DNA of 29,048 nt from Candidatus Forterrea sp. (GTDB lineage Archaea > Iainarchaeota > Iainarchaeia > Iainarchaeales > JAAZKV01), in contig DYDN01000001.1 in the NCBI GenBank assembly GCA_020717885.1, positions 1-29,048 of the forward strand, read 5' to 3'. The translations under genes and the position numbers were made by a program. Under the pieces are notes generated by a model, which saw only the letters and a program-made list of their open reading frames with translations, did not search any database and had not been told where the DNA came from. Shown piece after piece: positions 7,778-17,436 of this stretch. Within the stretch, counting starts at the first letter, position 1, and each line of letters begins with the position of its first letter.

Positions 7778-10372
7778 ATGAAAGGACTGAACATAAAAAA
7801 AATAGTTGCGATCGGATTAGGCGCAGCTTTGGTTGGATCAGCTCTCGCACCAGCAGTTATGGCTGGAGCATTTGAGAACTTGTCCACTAAGTTGACACAA
7901 AAAAGCTTGATCATAGATGCAACTACAGGCGCACCAGTTGTCGACATCGTTGTTGGAACAATCGGACAGCCTGCAGATGTTATCTGGGCAGGAAACATAG
8001 CCGCTAAAGTAGCACAAATGGCTACAATACCAGTTGCTGGCTCAGGAACAAAGACAGTTAATATAACTGTTGGCGGAACTAGCACAACAAGCGGCGCAGG
8101 AGAGACATTCGAAACCTACGCTGATTTCACATCACAGGAAAGCAAGTTAAACGCAATGACTGTGACAAACACAAAAATGCCTGGCTTGGTAAACAATCCT
8201 TCAGCTAAAGTGAAGTGGAACTCAACTTCCTATTCAACTACTTCGGTAAGCGAAGATTTGAATGCAGTAATGGACGTTGACTTCCAGGGAGAGAAATCCT
8301 CTTCAAAATACGCTGCTGGAGAACTCTACGCTTCGATTGACAAAGGGAAAATTTTCTACAATGTTAATTTAGGAAGCGGAATCCCAATCAACGTGGATAA
8401 GACCCAGCTTGATGGTAACTCGTACTATGATGTACAGATACCTTTCTTGGGCAAAATTTACAAGCTCGATGAGATAGGCGCATCAGAGAAGAGAATCGTA
8501 ATGTACGCTGATACAACCCCTACTGAATTACAAGTTGGGCAGTCAATCACTGTTACTCCTGCTACAGCTTACGCTGGAAAGGCAATGATAGTAGAATTGG
8601 TTGATTTGGTTCAGACTGGAACAGGAAACAATAATTACGAAGCTAAGTGGGCTTTGAAGATTGATGGCATAGTAAAGAAGTACGTGCAGAAAGCTCCTTC
8701 AACTGCATACAACTTGAAGGATGAGTTCGGCTCAAGCTACTTCGGAGACAACGTGTATGTAACATCAGCAGGATTAAACCTTGCAGCTAACAAGTACACT
8801 GCTACAGTAAGAATGGGCACAGAAAGACTTGAACTAAGGGATGGTCACGGGTTCCCATACACTGGAGACAGCTCAGTTGACTCAAAGCAGCCATGGGAAG
8901 TTGTTTTCGAAAAAAGTGGAAACAATTTGACAAAAATCAGCTTGAAGAATCAGTGGAAATATGATAAGACTGCTGGATCAGCTTCCGATACTTCAAAACA
9001 TGTTTTGAAGGTTGGAGAAGAAGTAGTTCTTCCTAACGACTTTGCAAAAATAAAGTTTGCTGGTTTCCAGACAAAGCCATCAACAGAAGTATTAATTGGT
9101 GACGTGTCAACAATTGACGGCGGCGGTATCCAATACGCTGATTTGAAAGGAACAACAATTAAAGTTCCATTCTACAAGCAGTTTGATTTGGATTATAACA
9201 AGCCAAGAATTACTTCAATCTCCGGTCAGGATTACACGTTCTGGTTGGATAGAAACTTAAACGGATATGTTGAAGTGTACTACATTAAGGGAGATTACAC
9301 TACAGCAGAAACTAGATCAGGAGCTACATGGTCAAGGGTAGTTGGAGCTGACAGCAACTTCCGGTACAATAGCGTTGTTGATGTAAACAACTTGCCACAG
9401 AACGCACAGATTGACCTTGGAATAAAAGACGGATCAGGAACAGAAGTGGATGTAAACTATCTATTGGTTGTTGACCAGTCTGACGAGAGTGCTGGATTAG
9501 TATTAGGTGCTAATACCTTCTATCTATACAACAAAGCAGTTGCGTCATCAGTTCCAAAGTTGGTGTTCATAGACTCAAACGTTCTAGGTACAGCAAGGGG
9601 CACAACACACTATGCTCCAAACACAGTAGACTTTATGACTACCTTGATGGATAATAACCTTGGTGCATACAGCTCTACAAAGTACGTGCCAGCGCACTTG
9701 AGATACTACGATAACAACGATAGTCTAACAAGTAAATTTGTTGACCTCTATGTAAGAACAGGCGACACAGCTACTGTTTGGAACTATGAATCTCTAAAGA
9801 ACGAGACTAACGCGACAATACCAGCACCAACAATGGATGCTAACTATTTCGGTTGGACTCACGCAATTAGGGGCGGATCAGAGTACTTCAAAGAAGCGTT
9901 GACTCAGGATGGAACATTGGTTGTTTCAGACAACTCAAAGTTCACACTAACAGTTCCTGAAGAAGTGCGAAAGCTCGAAGCATACTTGGGCTCAACAGGC
10001 ACATCAACAACTACAACTGGTGGAGTAAAATACACCGGAGTTGCTGTTAATGAGACCAAAGGCAATGTAACTGTTGACGCTATCTCAGGCGCTACAACTG
10101 GGGTTGCAGTAACAAAGGTTTCAAACATAGTGAAAGCAGACTCAGAATTCATTAGCGGTAAAGCTATACTTGTTGGTGGATGGATGGCTAACACTAAGGT
10201 TGCAAAATCCTTGATGGTTGATGCACAGACTCTAGAAGCTAGATTGACAAGCAGCGGAGATTACGTTTCAGCTGTTCTTGACAACGGCAGTATAGTAGTT
10301 GCTGGATGGACAGCTTCAGACACAGGAGTTGCTGCTCAGCAATTGATCTCAGCTCTTGACGGTCTAATTTAA
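7778..10372 (+). CDS. S-layer protein (Methanococcales/DPANN type)
   Basis: Signal MKGLNIKKIVAIGLGAALVGSALA; DIVVG...ADVIWAGNIAA N-terminal motif; C-terminal ILVGGWMAN and VVAGWTASDT motifs; Thr/Ser/Asn-rich; strong SD. Confidence 0.9.
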   Translation: MKGLNIKKIVAIGLGAALVGSALAPAVMAGAFENLSTKLTQKSLIIDATTGAPVVDIVVGTIGQPADVIWAGNIAAKVAQMATIPVAGSGTKTVNITVGGTSTTSGAGETFETYADFTSQESKLNAMTVTNTKMPGLVNNPSAKVKWNSTSYSTTSVSEDLNAVMDVDFQGEKSSSKYAAGELYASIDKGKIFYNVNLGSGIPINVDKTQLDGNSYYDVQIPFLGKIYKLDEIGASEKRIVMYADTTPTELQVGQSITVTPATAYAGKAMIVELVDLVQTGTGNNNYEAKWALKIDGIVKKYVQKAPSTAYNLKDEFGSSYFGDNVYVTSAGLNLAANKYTATVRMGTERLELRDGHGFPYTGDSSVDSKQPWEVVFEKSGNNLTKISLKNQWKYDKTAGSASDTSKHVLKVGEEVVLPNDFAKIKFAGFQTKPSTEVLIGDVSTIDGGGIQYADLKGTTIKVPFYKQFDLDYNKPRITSISGQDYTFWLDRNLNGYVEVYYIKGDYTTAETRSGATWSRVVGADSNFRYNSVVDVNNLPQNAQIDLGIKDGSGTEVDVNYLLVVDQSDESAGLVLGANTFYLYNKAVASSVPKLVFIDSNVLGTARGTTHYAPNTVDFMTTLMDNNLGAYSSTKYVPAHLRYYDNNDSLTSKFVDLYVRTGDTATVWNYESLKNETNATIPAPTMDANYFGWTHAIRGGSEYFKEALTQDGTLVVSDNSKFTLTVPEEVRKLEAYLGSTGTSTTTTGGVKYTGVAVNETKGNVTVDAISGATTGVAVTKVSNIVKADSEFISGKAILVGGWMANTKVAKSLMVDAQTLEARLTSSGDYVSAVLDNGSIVVAGWTASDTGVAAQQLISALDGLI

Positions 10373-10385
10373 ATAGTTTAATTAC

Positions 10386-10430
10386 AAAAGAGAAGGGGAA
10401 GTAATTCCCCTTTTCTTTTTTTGTTTTTTT
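10386..10430 (+). terminator. Hairpin plus U-tract terminator of the S-layer gene
   Basis: AAGGGGAA-GTAA-TTCCCCTT (10393-10412, extendable) followed by a long T-rich run. Confidence 0.8.
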
Positions 10431-10557
10431 TAATGATTTTTTTTTGTTGAATTCAGCCGCAGGCATTTAGTTTGTATTAATTATTAACAATTATTCAGCC
10501 TGGCTTTTTGCGCGCCATATGGGCATATTTTTATTCTTTTTGTATCCACTTTTTTGC

Positions 10558-11295
10558 ATGAAGCAGGCACAAGATTCAAAAGAAACAAGGAGAGTTCTTG
10601 GTAAAGGAATTATTCAGCCAAGGTCGTTTGCGGATAAGGGTCTTGAGTACGCTAAAGCAAGTGGTCCAGGGCGAAAGTCGCACGAGGCGGGCTTTGGAAA
10701 GAAAGTACTTTTTTTGGGCGCAATAGCCGTGTTTTTGGTTGTCGTTGCATGGGTTTTCATTGTTTTCTTGCCTAACCAATACCGTTTTTCCTTTGCGGTT
10801 AATGATGTTCCTTACTACTCAAATGATTATACTCCGACCGAGTTCTTTAACTTAGTAAAGGATTCAAATAATTTTGTGGTTTCAGTGGCTCTTCTTGATG
10901 GGAACACTGACCCGTGGACAGTTAATTCGATGAATCTCTGGTTAGTTGCATTTAACTCTAACCACAAAAGAACAGTTGTGGTTACCCAAGTTGTTGATGT
11001 TTTTGGCGATATAAAGAATTGTCTTACAAATGACGGCAATCTTTTGCAAAGTAGGGATATTTCAAAAGAAGAGTGTCTTGCGATTTTGGGAGAGTCCTCG
11101 GCGGTTAAAATAAATTTGCGCCCGAGTAATGAAAACAAGGTTGTTCTTTACACAAATAGGGCAGATATTTTTGCGCAGAGCGGAAGATTAAATTCTACAC
11201 TGAATTATTTAGTAATAAAAAATATTTTCCCTAATTTTGACACCACCCTTGCAATAATTAATGAGAAAATAAATGCTGTAAATCCTTCTAAGTAA
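10558..11295 (+). CDS. Hypothetical single-pass membrane protein
   Basis: Basic N-terminus, one hydrophobic segment (VLFLGAIAVFLVVVAWVFIVFL), then a soluble domain with two Cys; start at 10558 or 10519. Confidence 0.65.
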   Translation: MKQAQDSKETRRVLGKGIIQPRSFADKGLEYAKASGPGRKSHEAGFGKKVLFLGAIAVFLVVVAWVFIVFLPNQYRFSFAVNDVPYYSNDYTPTEFFNLVKDSNNFVVSVALLDGNTDPWTVNSMNLWLVAFNSNHKRTVVVTQVVDVFGDIKNCLTNDGNLLQSRDISKEECLAILGESSAVKINLRPSNENKVVLYTNRADIFAQSGRLNSTLNYLVIKNIFPNFDTTLAIINEKINAVNPSK

Positions 11296-11390
11296 GAAAG
11301 CACATTTTTTCGTCCCAAAAATACCTTATTTATTTTGCTTTTCAATCGACCCAAAAGCCTTTTATCCTCTTTTTGTAGCAATTTCTCTTA

Positions 11391-12716
11391 ATGTCCGAAA
11401 TAATGACGCTTAGCTCGCGCGACCGCGGTTTGCTTTTGTTTTTTCTTGTGGCGTTGCTTTTGATTGTGCTTGCTGCAAGTTTTTCCTGGCACCCGATTAT
11501 GTTAGTTGTTGCATTTAATGCGCTCTTCCTTTTCAACTTATTTCTTTATTTCATGCTTTACCTTAACAAAAAAGATTTTGGTGTTGCCCGTAAACCAAAA
11601 AATTTTCCTTCAATAGCAGTAGTAGTTCCAGTTTATAATTCTCTAAATACAATCACAAAGTGTCTTAAATCAATAAAAGAAATGAAGTATCCAAAAAAAG
11701 TTCAAATTATTGTGGTTGATGACTGCAGCACTGATGGTACTCGCGAGATTTTGGAGAAAACAAAAGGAATAATTCTTCTTAAGCATGAAAAGAATGCTGG
11801 TAAAGCAGCCGCATTAAGCACCGGAATAAAAAAAGCGGGTGCAAAATATATTGCGCTGATTGATTCTGATTCTTACCCTGAAAAAGAAGCCTTAATGAAA
11901 ATGATGGGGTACTTTTGGGACAAAAAAATTGCTGCGGTGACGTGTCTTGTTCTTCCTGACAAGAAAAAAACTCTTTTGCAAAAAATTCAATTTCTTGAAT
12001 ATCTTTTGGGATTTGGCCTGCACAACACTTTGCTCTCTTCAATAGGTTCAAGCTATGTTGTTCCTGGTCCGCTCACGATTTTTAGAAGAGAAGTTTTTGA
12101 TGTAGTGGGGAGTTTTGAGGCAGGTAACCTTGCCGAGGATATGGAGTTTGGTTTGCGCATGAAAAAGCACGGAATGAATATAGCTAATTGTCATGAGGCT
12201 CTTGTTCTTACTGACGTTCCTGCGACAATAAAAAATCTTTTTATTCAGCGCGATAGGTGGTACCGCGGCGCGGCGTTTAATTTCATAAGGTACAGGCAGT
12301 TAATTTTTAACAAAAAGAATCCCGATTTTGGATTCTTTATGATGCCGTTTCTTTTTTTCACCCAAGTGCTGATAATTGCAGTACTTTTAAGATTAATCAT
12401 TTTCTCTTTTAGGGATATTTTAATCTTCCTTAATATTGCCGCAACGTATCTTTCTCTTGGCGGCTCGGTTTCAGTTGGATTCATTCAATCCCCCATTCCT
12501 CCATCAGTACTTTTTTTCATAATAACCTACATTTGTGTTGCGGCGTATTTTTGGCTCTGCTTTAAAACAGCTAAGTATAAGCCAAAACTTTCTGATTTTG
12601 TTCCGCTTCTAATACTTATTTTTATATACCCTTATTTCATTAGTTTTATCTACTCTCAAGGGTATTTTAAGGAAATTTTCGGGGTGAAAGCAAAATGGCG
12701 AAGAGTGTCTACTTAG
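11391..12716 (+). CDS. Processive family-2 glycosyltransferase (PgaC/IcaA/cellulose-synthase-like)
   Basis: VVDDCSTD, IDSDS (DxD), AEDME and QRDRW (QxxRW) motifs with N- and C-terminal TM helices. Confidence 0.9.
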   Translation: MSEIMTLSSRDRGLLLFFLVALLLIVLAASFSWHPIMLVVAFNALFLFNLFLYFMLYLNKKDFGVARKPKNFPSIAVVVPVYNSLNTITKCLKSIKEMKYPKKVQIIVVDDCSTDGTREILEKTKGIILLKHEKNAGKAAALSTGIKKAGAKYIALIDSDSYPEKEALMKMMGYFWDKKIAAVTCLVLPDKKKTLLQKIQFLEYLLGFGLHNTLLSSIGSSYVVPGPLTIFRREVFDVVGSFEAGNLAEDMEFGLRMKKHGMNIANCHEALVLTDVPATIKNLFIQRDRWYRGAAFNFIRYRQLIFNKKNPDFGFFMMPFLFFTQVLIIAVLLRLIIFSFRDILIFLNIAATYLSLGGSVSVGFIQSPIPPSVLFFIITYICVAAYFWLCFKTAKYKPKLSDFVPLLILIFIYPYFISFIYSQGYFKEIFGVKAKWRRVST

Positions 12717-13336
12717 CTGCAATGATTGCAACAATTGCAATAATCCTTGTGGGGTTCTTCTCAGTTTCCGTTGCGGATGATGCAAAAGCTAAACAGTTTA
12801 ACAGCGAGATAAATCAGTTTGTTCTTGAGAATGAGCTCCAATCATCTTTTGCGGATTTTGATGTTAATAACAAGGAAGTTTATTGCACGATTGTTCAGCA
12901 GGGGATAGCGAATCTCTCAAAGAGTGCAAGTATTTTTGAGGCACAGCTCTCAACATTTAAGGAGAACTCATTTAACACAACTGAATTTTATTCAGTAAAA
13001 AGAAATTATCTTCTCACAAACATGATTTTGTTTAGGAGTTTTTTAAGGGCGAGAGAGTATTGTGATTTTAATACAAAACCAGTATTGTTCTTTTATGCGG
13101 AAGATAAATCCTGTGAAGAAGAGTGCGGGGTTATTGGTGCACAGCTCTTTGATTTAAAGGATTGTAACTCATTTAGAGCATTTAATTTCCCCTACAATTG
13201 GCCAACATATGAATTCATAAAAATACTTGAAGTTAAATATGGTGTGGATAAACCCGGGACCCTTGTTATTGATGGGGAGAGAATTGATTCTCTTCAGCCA
13301 AAAGAGGTTCTTGCTAAAAAACTTGGTTGCGTTTAA
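12695..13336 (+). CDS. Membrane-anchored protein with a C-terminal thioredoxin-like domain
   Basis: N-terminal TM; VLFFYAEDKSCEEECGVIG and YGVDKPGTLVIDG resemble the thioredoxin fold; overlaps the GT2 gene by 22 nt. Confidence 0.55.
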   Translation: MAKSVYLAAMIATIAIILVGFFSVSVADDAKAKQFNSEINQFVLENELQSSFADFDVNNKEVYCTIVQQGIANLSKSASIFEAQLSTFKENSFNTTEFYSVKRNYLLTNMILFRSFLRAREYCDFNTKPVLFFYAEDKSCEEECGVIGAQLFDLKDCNSFRAFNFPYNWPTYEFIKILEVKYGVDKPGTLVIDGERIDSLQPKEVLAKKLGCV

Positions 13337-13350
13337 GCGGTTGGTTTCTA

Positions 13351-14688
13351 ATGAAGCATGTGCCCAAAAAGAAAGGAAAGTTTTCAGTTGAGCTGTTCAT
13401 TGCAAAAGCGATTGAGCTTAAGTGGCTAGTAATATCATTTGTTCTCTTTATTTCCCTACAACTATTCCACATAGCGTTTGTTCATTGGGATAAAGTTGCG
13501 TATGTTTTTGGCGGAAAGTGGTTTTGCGGCAACCAGATATATTTTGAGTTTATTCGCCCCCCTCTCCCCTCTTTTCTTAACTGTATTTTTGGTGCGCAGG
13601 ATTACTCAATATTAATCACAACCGCATTCGCATGCATTGTTTATTTTGCCGCAGTAATTTTGCTTTACTCTGCCCACAAAAAAGAACTTAACCAAGGGAT
13701 CTTCGCGTTATTCGCGTTTTTGTTTCCCGCAATTCTCTTTAATTTTAACTTCGGTTCCGACTTGCTTGCGGTTGGTTTCTTAATGCTCGCGCTTGCAGTA
13801 AAGGGGCCAGTAAAGAAAGGTGCATTTTTTGCTCTTGCTACACTTTCTCGATACAATTTCCTTATCTTCGGGTTAGTTTTGTTCTGGCATGAGAGAAAAA
13901 ACCCGAAGAGAATTGCAATTATGCTTGCTCTTCTTGTATTGCTTTGGATTCCCTGGATGATTTTTAATTATCTTTACTCCGGAAACCCATTTTTTAGTAT
14001 TTATGAATCCTCCGTGTTGAATGTTTTGAATAAAGGTGCGGCGCAGCCATTTTCAATTGAACAAATATTTATTTTAGCGCTTTTTGTAATCTCACTTTTT
14101 GCAGTTAACATAAAAAAGCTTCTTTCAAGTGCAAAAATTCAATTAGGCGTGCTTGCCGCATTGATGTTTATTTTCGCTGCGGTAAAAGAAACACGGTTTA
14201 TGGGGATTTTAGTTCCAGTGCTTGCGTTTAATGCGGCAAAGGCATCAAATCATAATAAGAAAATAAGATTGTTTTTCCTTATAGTATTTGGTTTTGCGTT
14301 TGTTGCTGTGTTCTACGGGGTTTTTACAAAACCCTATTTTATTTCAGAGTTTAATACTCCTGCCGATGATTTTGTGAAGCAGTGCCGTGTTGCAAGCGAT
14401 AAGTGGGTTTTCTTTTATGATAAGGGAATTGTTGCTGAGTGCCTTGTGGATATTCACTCCTGGAAAGAGTTTGTTTCTGGTGGCGGAAATATTGTGCTAT
14501 ATGATAAAACTGGTGTCGATTTGACTGGTTTTAATGTTGTTGACCGCGGAGATTATGTGATTCTAAAATCAGATTCCTGCGCTCCTCAGCCAAAAAAATA
14601 TATTTCGGGCTATTTGAGGATGAGTGTTGTTAAGTGGCTGCGCGATACCAATTCAAAAATTTATGATTACTCTGATTGGGTTGAGTAA
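13351..14688 (+). CDS. Polytopic GT-C type glycosyltransferase (PMT/ArnT-like)
   Basis: WDKVAY...YFEFIRPPL first loop, LATLSRY, LWIPWMIFNY and KETRF motifs; many TM helices. Confidence 0.7.
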   Translation: MKHVPKKKGKFSVELFIAKAIELKWLVISFVLFISLQLFHIAFVHWDKVAYVFGGKWFCGNQIYFEFIRPPLPSFLNCIFGAQDYSILITTAFACIVYFAAVILLYSAHKKELNQGIFALFAFLFPAILFNFNFGSDLLAVGFLMLALAVKGPVKKGAFFALATLSRYNFLIFGLVLFWHERKNPKRIAIMLALLVLLWIPWMIFNYLYSGNPFFSIYESSVLNVLNKGAAQPFSIEQIFILALFVISLFAVNIKKLLSSAKIQLGVLAALMFIFAAVKETRFMGILVPVLAFNAAKASNHNKKIRLFFLIVFGFAFVAVFYGVFTKPYFISEFNTPADDFVKQCRVASDKWVFFYDKGIVAECLVDIHSWKEFVSGGGNIVLYDKTGVDLTGFNVVDRGDYVILKSDSCAPQPKKYISGYLRMSVVKWLRDTNSKIYDYSDWVE

Positions 14689-14722
14689 TTATTTTTTTGT
14701 ATTGGCTTTGTTCCTGCAAAGT

Positions 14723-15991
14723 TTAGAATATTTCTTCTTTGAGTAATTCCCTCAGCACAGTTGTTGCATAATTTCCTTTTGAAAGGAAGAATGATATTAC
14801 AAGCACTTTTTTTCCTTCGTTAAAAATATCATCTTCAATTTTTTCAAGTTTAAAGTTCTCCGCACGAAGAACAATTTCTTTTCTCTCGCCCTTGCTTGAG
14901 AGTTCGCTTAATTTATTTGTCTTAAAACTTTCAAATGTAAGTTCCTCATTTTTCATTACTTCGCGCTCAATTTCTCCGGCCTCTCCTTCTGCGTAAACAC
15001 TTTCAAATCCCGGGAGTATTATTGCGGGTACTCCATTAACAAGCACATCCCCGTCTATTTTTTCAAGCGCCTTTGCCCCGTATTTTGTAATTCTCTTTGT
15101 TAGTATTTTGTTAAAAATATCGCTTTGTACTGCATGAGTGAATAAGTATCTCATTTTTTCAGGGAGCTCAGTAAATGCTCCTGCAAAATCATTTGGGTAG
15201 TTTACTAAGTGATTTAGCATTGCTTTCTCTGCCCTTGTTTCCATTGGGAATTCCCGCAGCGCTTTTTTGTAGTCCCTTGTTTTCGCAAGATTTATTCTCG
15301 CCTGCTTTATTTCTTCTTTTTCTTCTTCATATGTGTCAGTGAGGTAGAGCATTACAGCCTCTTCAAACTTTCCAAGGAGTAATAGTTTTCCAACCCTGTG
15401 TGTGATTTGCCTTTTTCCTCCAAATCTTTGGTTTCCATAAAAATTCGGCAAGCCAACCTCGTTCGCCTCTCTTCCAAATTCCTCAACAATCTTGCGGATT
15501 TCTTCCTCGCTCTGTGCGATTTCCCTAATAGTTATTATAAATTGATTTCCCTTTAGTTCCCCAAGTTCCACGCGTTTATTATTCCAAATAGGATTTCGTA
15601 TTTCAATTCCCTTTACCCCAAATCTTTCAACCAGCCCCGCATCAGGCATATAGATACTAATTCTTTGGCAGGTTATTGCGCGCTTGTCCTTTAGTCCAGC
15701 GTACCCAATTCTTTTTTTGCTTACATTTAGCCCGCGTGAGATTATTGCCATTGCGGCGGATGAATCAGTATTTATTTTTTCCATGTCAAGGAGTAAGTGT
15801 TCTTCATCTTTTCGCTCTGGAACTTTCATTTCGCGTTGTTCTCTTTCTTCCCAACTTTTATTGAATCTCTGTGCCTTGCACACATACCCGTCAGTAAGTA
15901 CTTCTTCTACAATAAAATCAGCGTATCTTTGCTTTACCCTGCCTTTTAGTGCGGGGGTTGTTGTTAAGTATTCACTCATATTCATCATCAA
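14723..15991 (-). CDS. truD: tRNA pseudouridine synthase TruD (Pus7 family)
   Basis: DFIVEE, GYAGLKDKRAITCQ (catalytic Asp), GNQFIITIR, PNFYGNQRFG and GNYATTVLRE motifs; exact start among several Met codons is uncertain. Confidence 0.95.
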   Translation of the reverse strand: MMMNMSEYLTTTPALKGRVKQRYADFIVEEVLTDGYVCKAQRFNKSWEEREQREMKVPERKDEEHLLLDMEKINTDSSAAMAIISRGLNVSKKRIGYAGLKDKRAITCQRISIYMPDAGLVERFGVKGIEIRNPIWNNKRVELGELKGNQFIITIREIAQSEEEIRKIVEEFGREANEVGLPNFYGNQRFGGKRQITHRVGKLLLLGKFEEAVMLYLTDTYEEEKEEIKQARINLAKTRDYKKALREFPMETRAEKAMLNHLVNYPNDFAGAFTELPEKMRYLFTHAVQSDIFNKILTKRITKYGAKALEKIDGDVLVNGVPAIILPGFESVYAEGEAGEIEREVMKNEELTFESFKTNKLSELSSKGERKEIVLRAENFKLEKIEDDIFNEGKKVLVISFFLSKGNYATTVLRELLKEEIF

Positions 15992-16037
15992 GATTTATCC
16001 CAGAAACTATAAATGTCAAAACCTTGTTCTTTAGTTA

Positions 16038-17297
16038 CTAAACTTTATACCTTAGCAGTGCAGCAAGTCCGCCAAACCCATCATAGAATTGTTTTCCTTC
16101 GTTTGTCTCGGTGCTAATTACACGCACCGTCGCTCCGCATTCCTTTGCCCGATCAATCATATAATCAAGGTAGCTTATTTCTTCGAGTGTTTCTACTCTT
16201 GAATCACATTTTGTGCATCTCATTTTTGATTCTTCAAATGTTTCAGGTTCTTTCACAATTTCTATCTCCGAGTTTTCGCAGTGTTCGCAGTATTTTCTAA
16301 AAACAATCCAAGGAATATCTTCAGAGATTATTAGTACATTCGCTCTTCTATCATCCAGCGCTTTTTCAACTTCTGCTTGTCCGTAAGTCGCAAGTCCGTC
16401 GCGGGCAACTTCCCCAAGGAACTTGTCAAGTATTTGTCTTTCTTTTACTAATTCCGAATCTTTTAAAAGTTCCTGGCTTTTTTGCACGAGTTCGCGAACC
16501 CCTCCCTCATCAGTATATGCAGTATCAATTACTCCGATTACTCTTTTTTCAAGTTCGTGATGTAACACTTTTTTCTCCATGAAATAGTTCTTTGTCATTC
16601 CTGGTCCGCCGATTAGTACTCCGCGTATTCTTGGTATGTATGGCTCAAAGTATGAATTAAATTTCTCCGCGGATTTTTTAAAAAAATCCTGCATTGCTTC
16701 TTCTCTTAATCTTTCAAATCTCTGTGAGGATTGTCCTCCTGCTCTTGATTTTCCTGGCACCATTGATGTGAAGTGCCCGAGGATTTCATATTTTTTTCCA
16801 ACAAGTTGCCCAACAGTTGCCTCATTCTTGTCAATCACCATTATTGCGTAGAAATCATTTGGCGCCATCATTTCCTTTAAGTGGTCAATGTGAAATGCCG
16901 AGTCGCACCAGTAGAGTTTTACTTTTAATGGTCTTACTGGTGTTACTGTGAATAATCTAATGTCGCTTCTTCCTTCGCTTTCGCTAATGTTTCCAGCAAA
17001 TACCACTAGTCCAGTTGGGGGGAGTTTAAAGTTAATGTTCTTTAAGAATCCAATTATTTTGCGCAGTGCCCCTTGAACGTTTTTTCTTGTGCTTGGGCTT
17101 TTGATGTTCCCGCTTTGGTTAATTTCTTCGCTTAGTGTATTCATTACTGTGCTTCTATCAGTTCCGGGGGGGATGTACTGGGTGATTAGTTCAGTGTGTC
17201 TTCCTCTAATAGCCTCAAGCATTTTGAGTTTTTTCTTGAATACCGCCATGTCCGCCTCATTCACTTCTTCAAGTACGTGGTGTGGTGCTCCAGCCAT
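16038..17297 (-). CDS. prf1: Peptide chain release factor aRF1
   Basis: NIKS, YWCDSAF and AGGQSSQRFERL motifs; CxxC/CxxC minidomain. Confidence 0.97.
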   Translation of the reverse strand: MAGAPHHVLEEVNEADMAVFKKKLKMLEAIRGRHTELITQYIPPGTDRSTVMNTLSEEINQSGNIKSPSTRKNVQGALRKIIGFLKNINFKLPPTGLVVFAGNISESEGRSDIRLFTVTPVRPLKVKLYWCDSAFHIDHLKEMMAPNDFYAIMVIDKNEATVGQLVGKKYEILGHFTSMVPGKSRAGGQSSQRFERLREEAMQDFFKKSAEKFNSYFEPYIPRIRGVLIGGPGMTKNYFMEKKVLHHELEKRVIGVIDTAYTDEGGVRELVQKSQELLKDSELVKERQILDKFLGEVARDGLATYGQAEVEKALDDRRANVLIISEDIPWIVFRKYCEHCENSEIEIVKEPETFEESKMRCTKCDSRVETLEEISYLDYMIDRAKECGATVRVISTETNEGKQFYDGFGGLAALLRYKV

Positions 17298-17436
17298 AAA
17301 ATCATCTTTCTTTGTTTTGTTTCATGCCCAAGGAGTAAGGTATTTAAACTCCCTAAAGTATATATCTTCGGTTTGGTTATCTTTAAAAGCTTTGGATTTG
17401 GCATTAATTTTGGGAATAAATAAGGCTGGTGAATAG

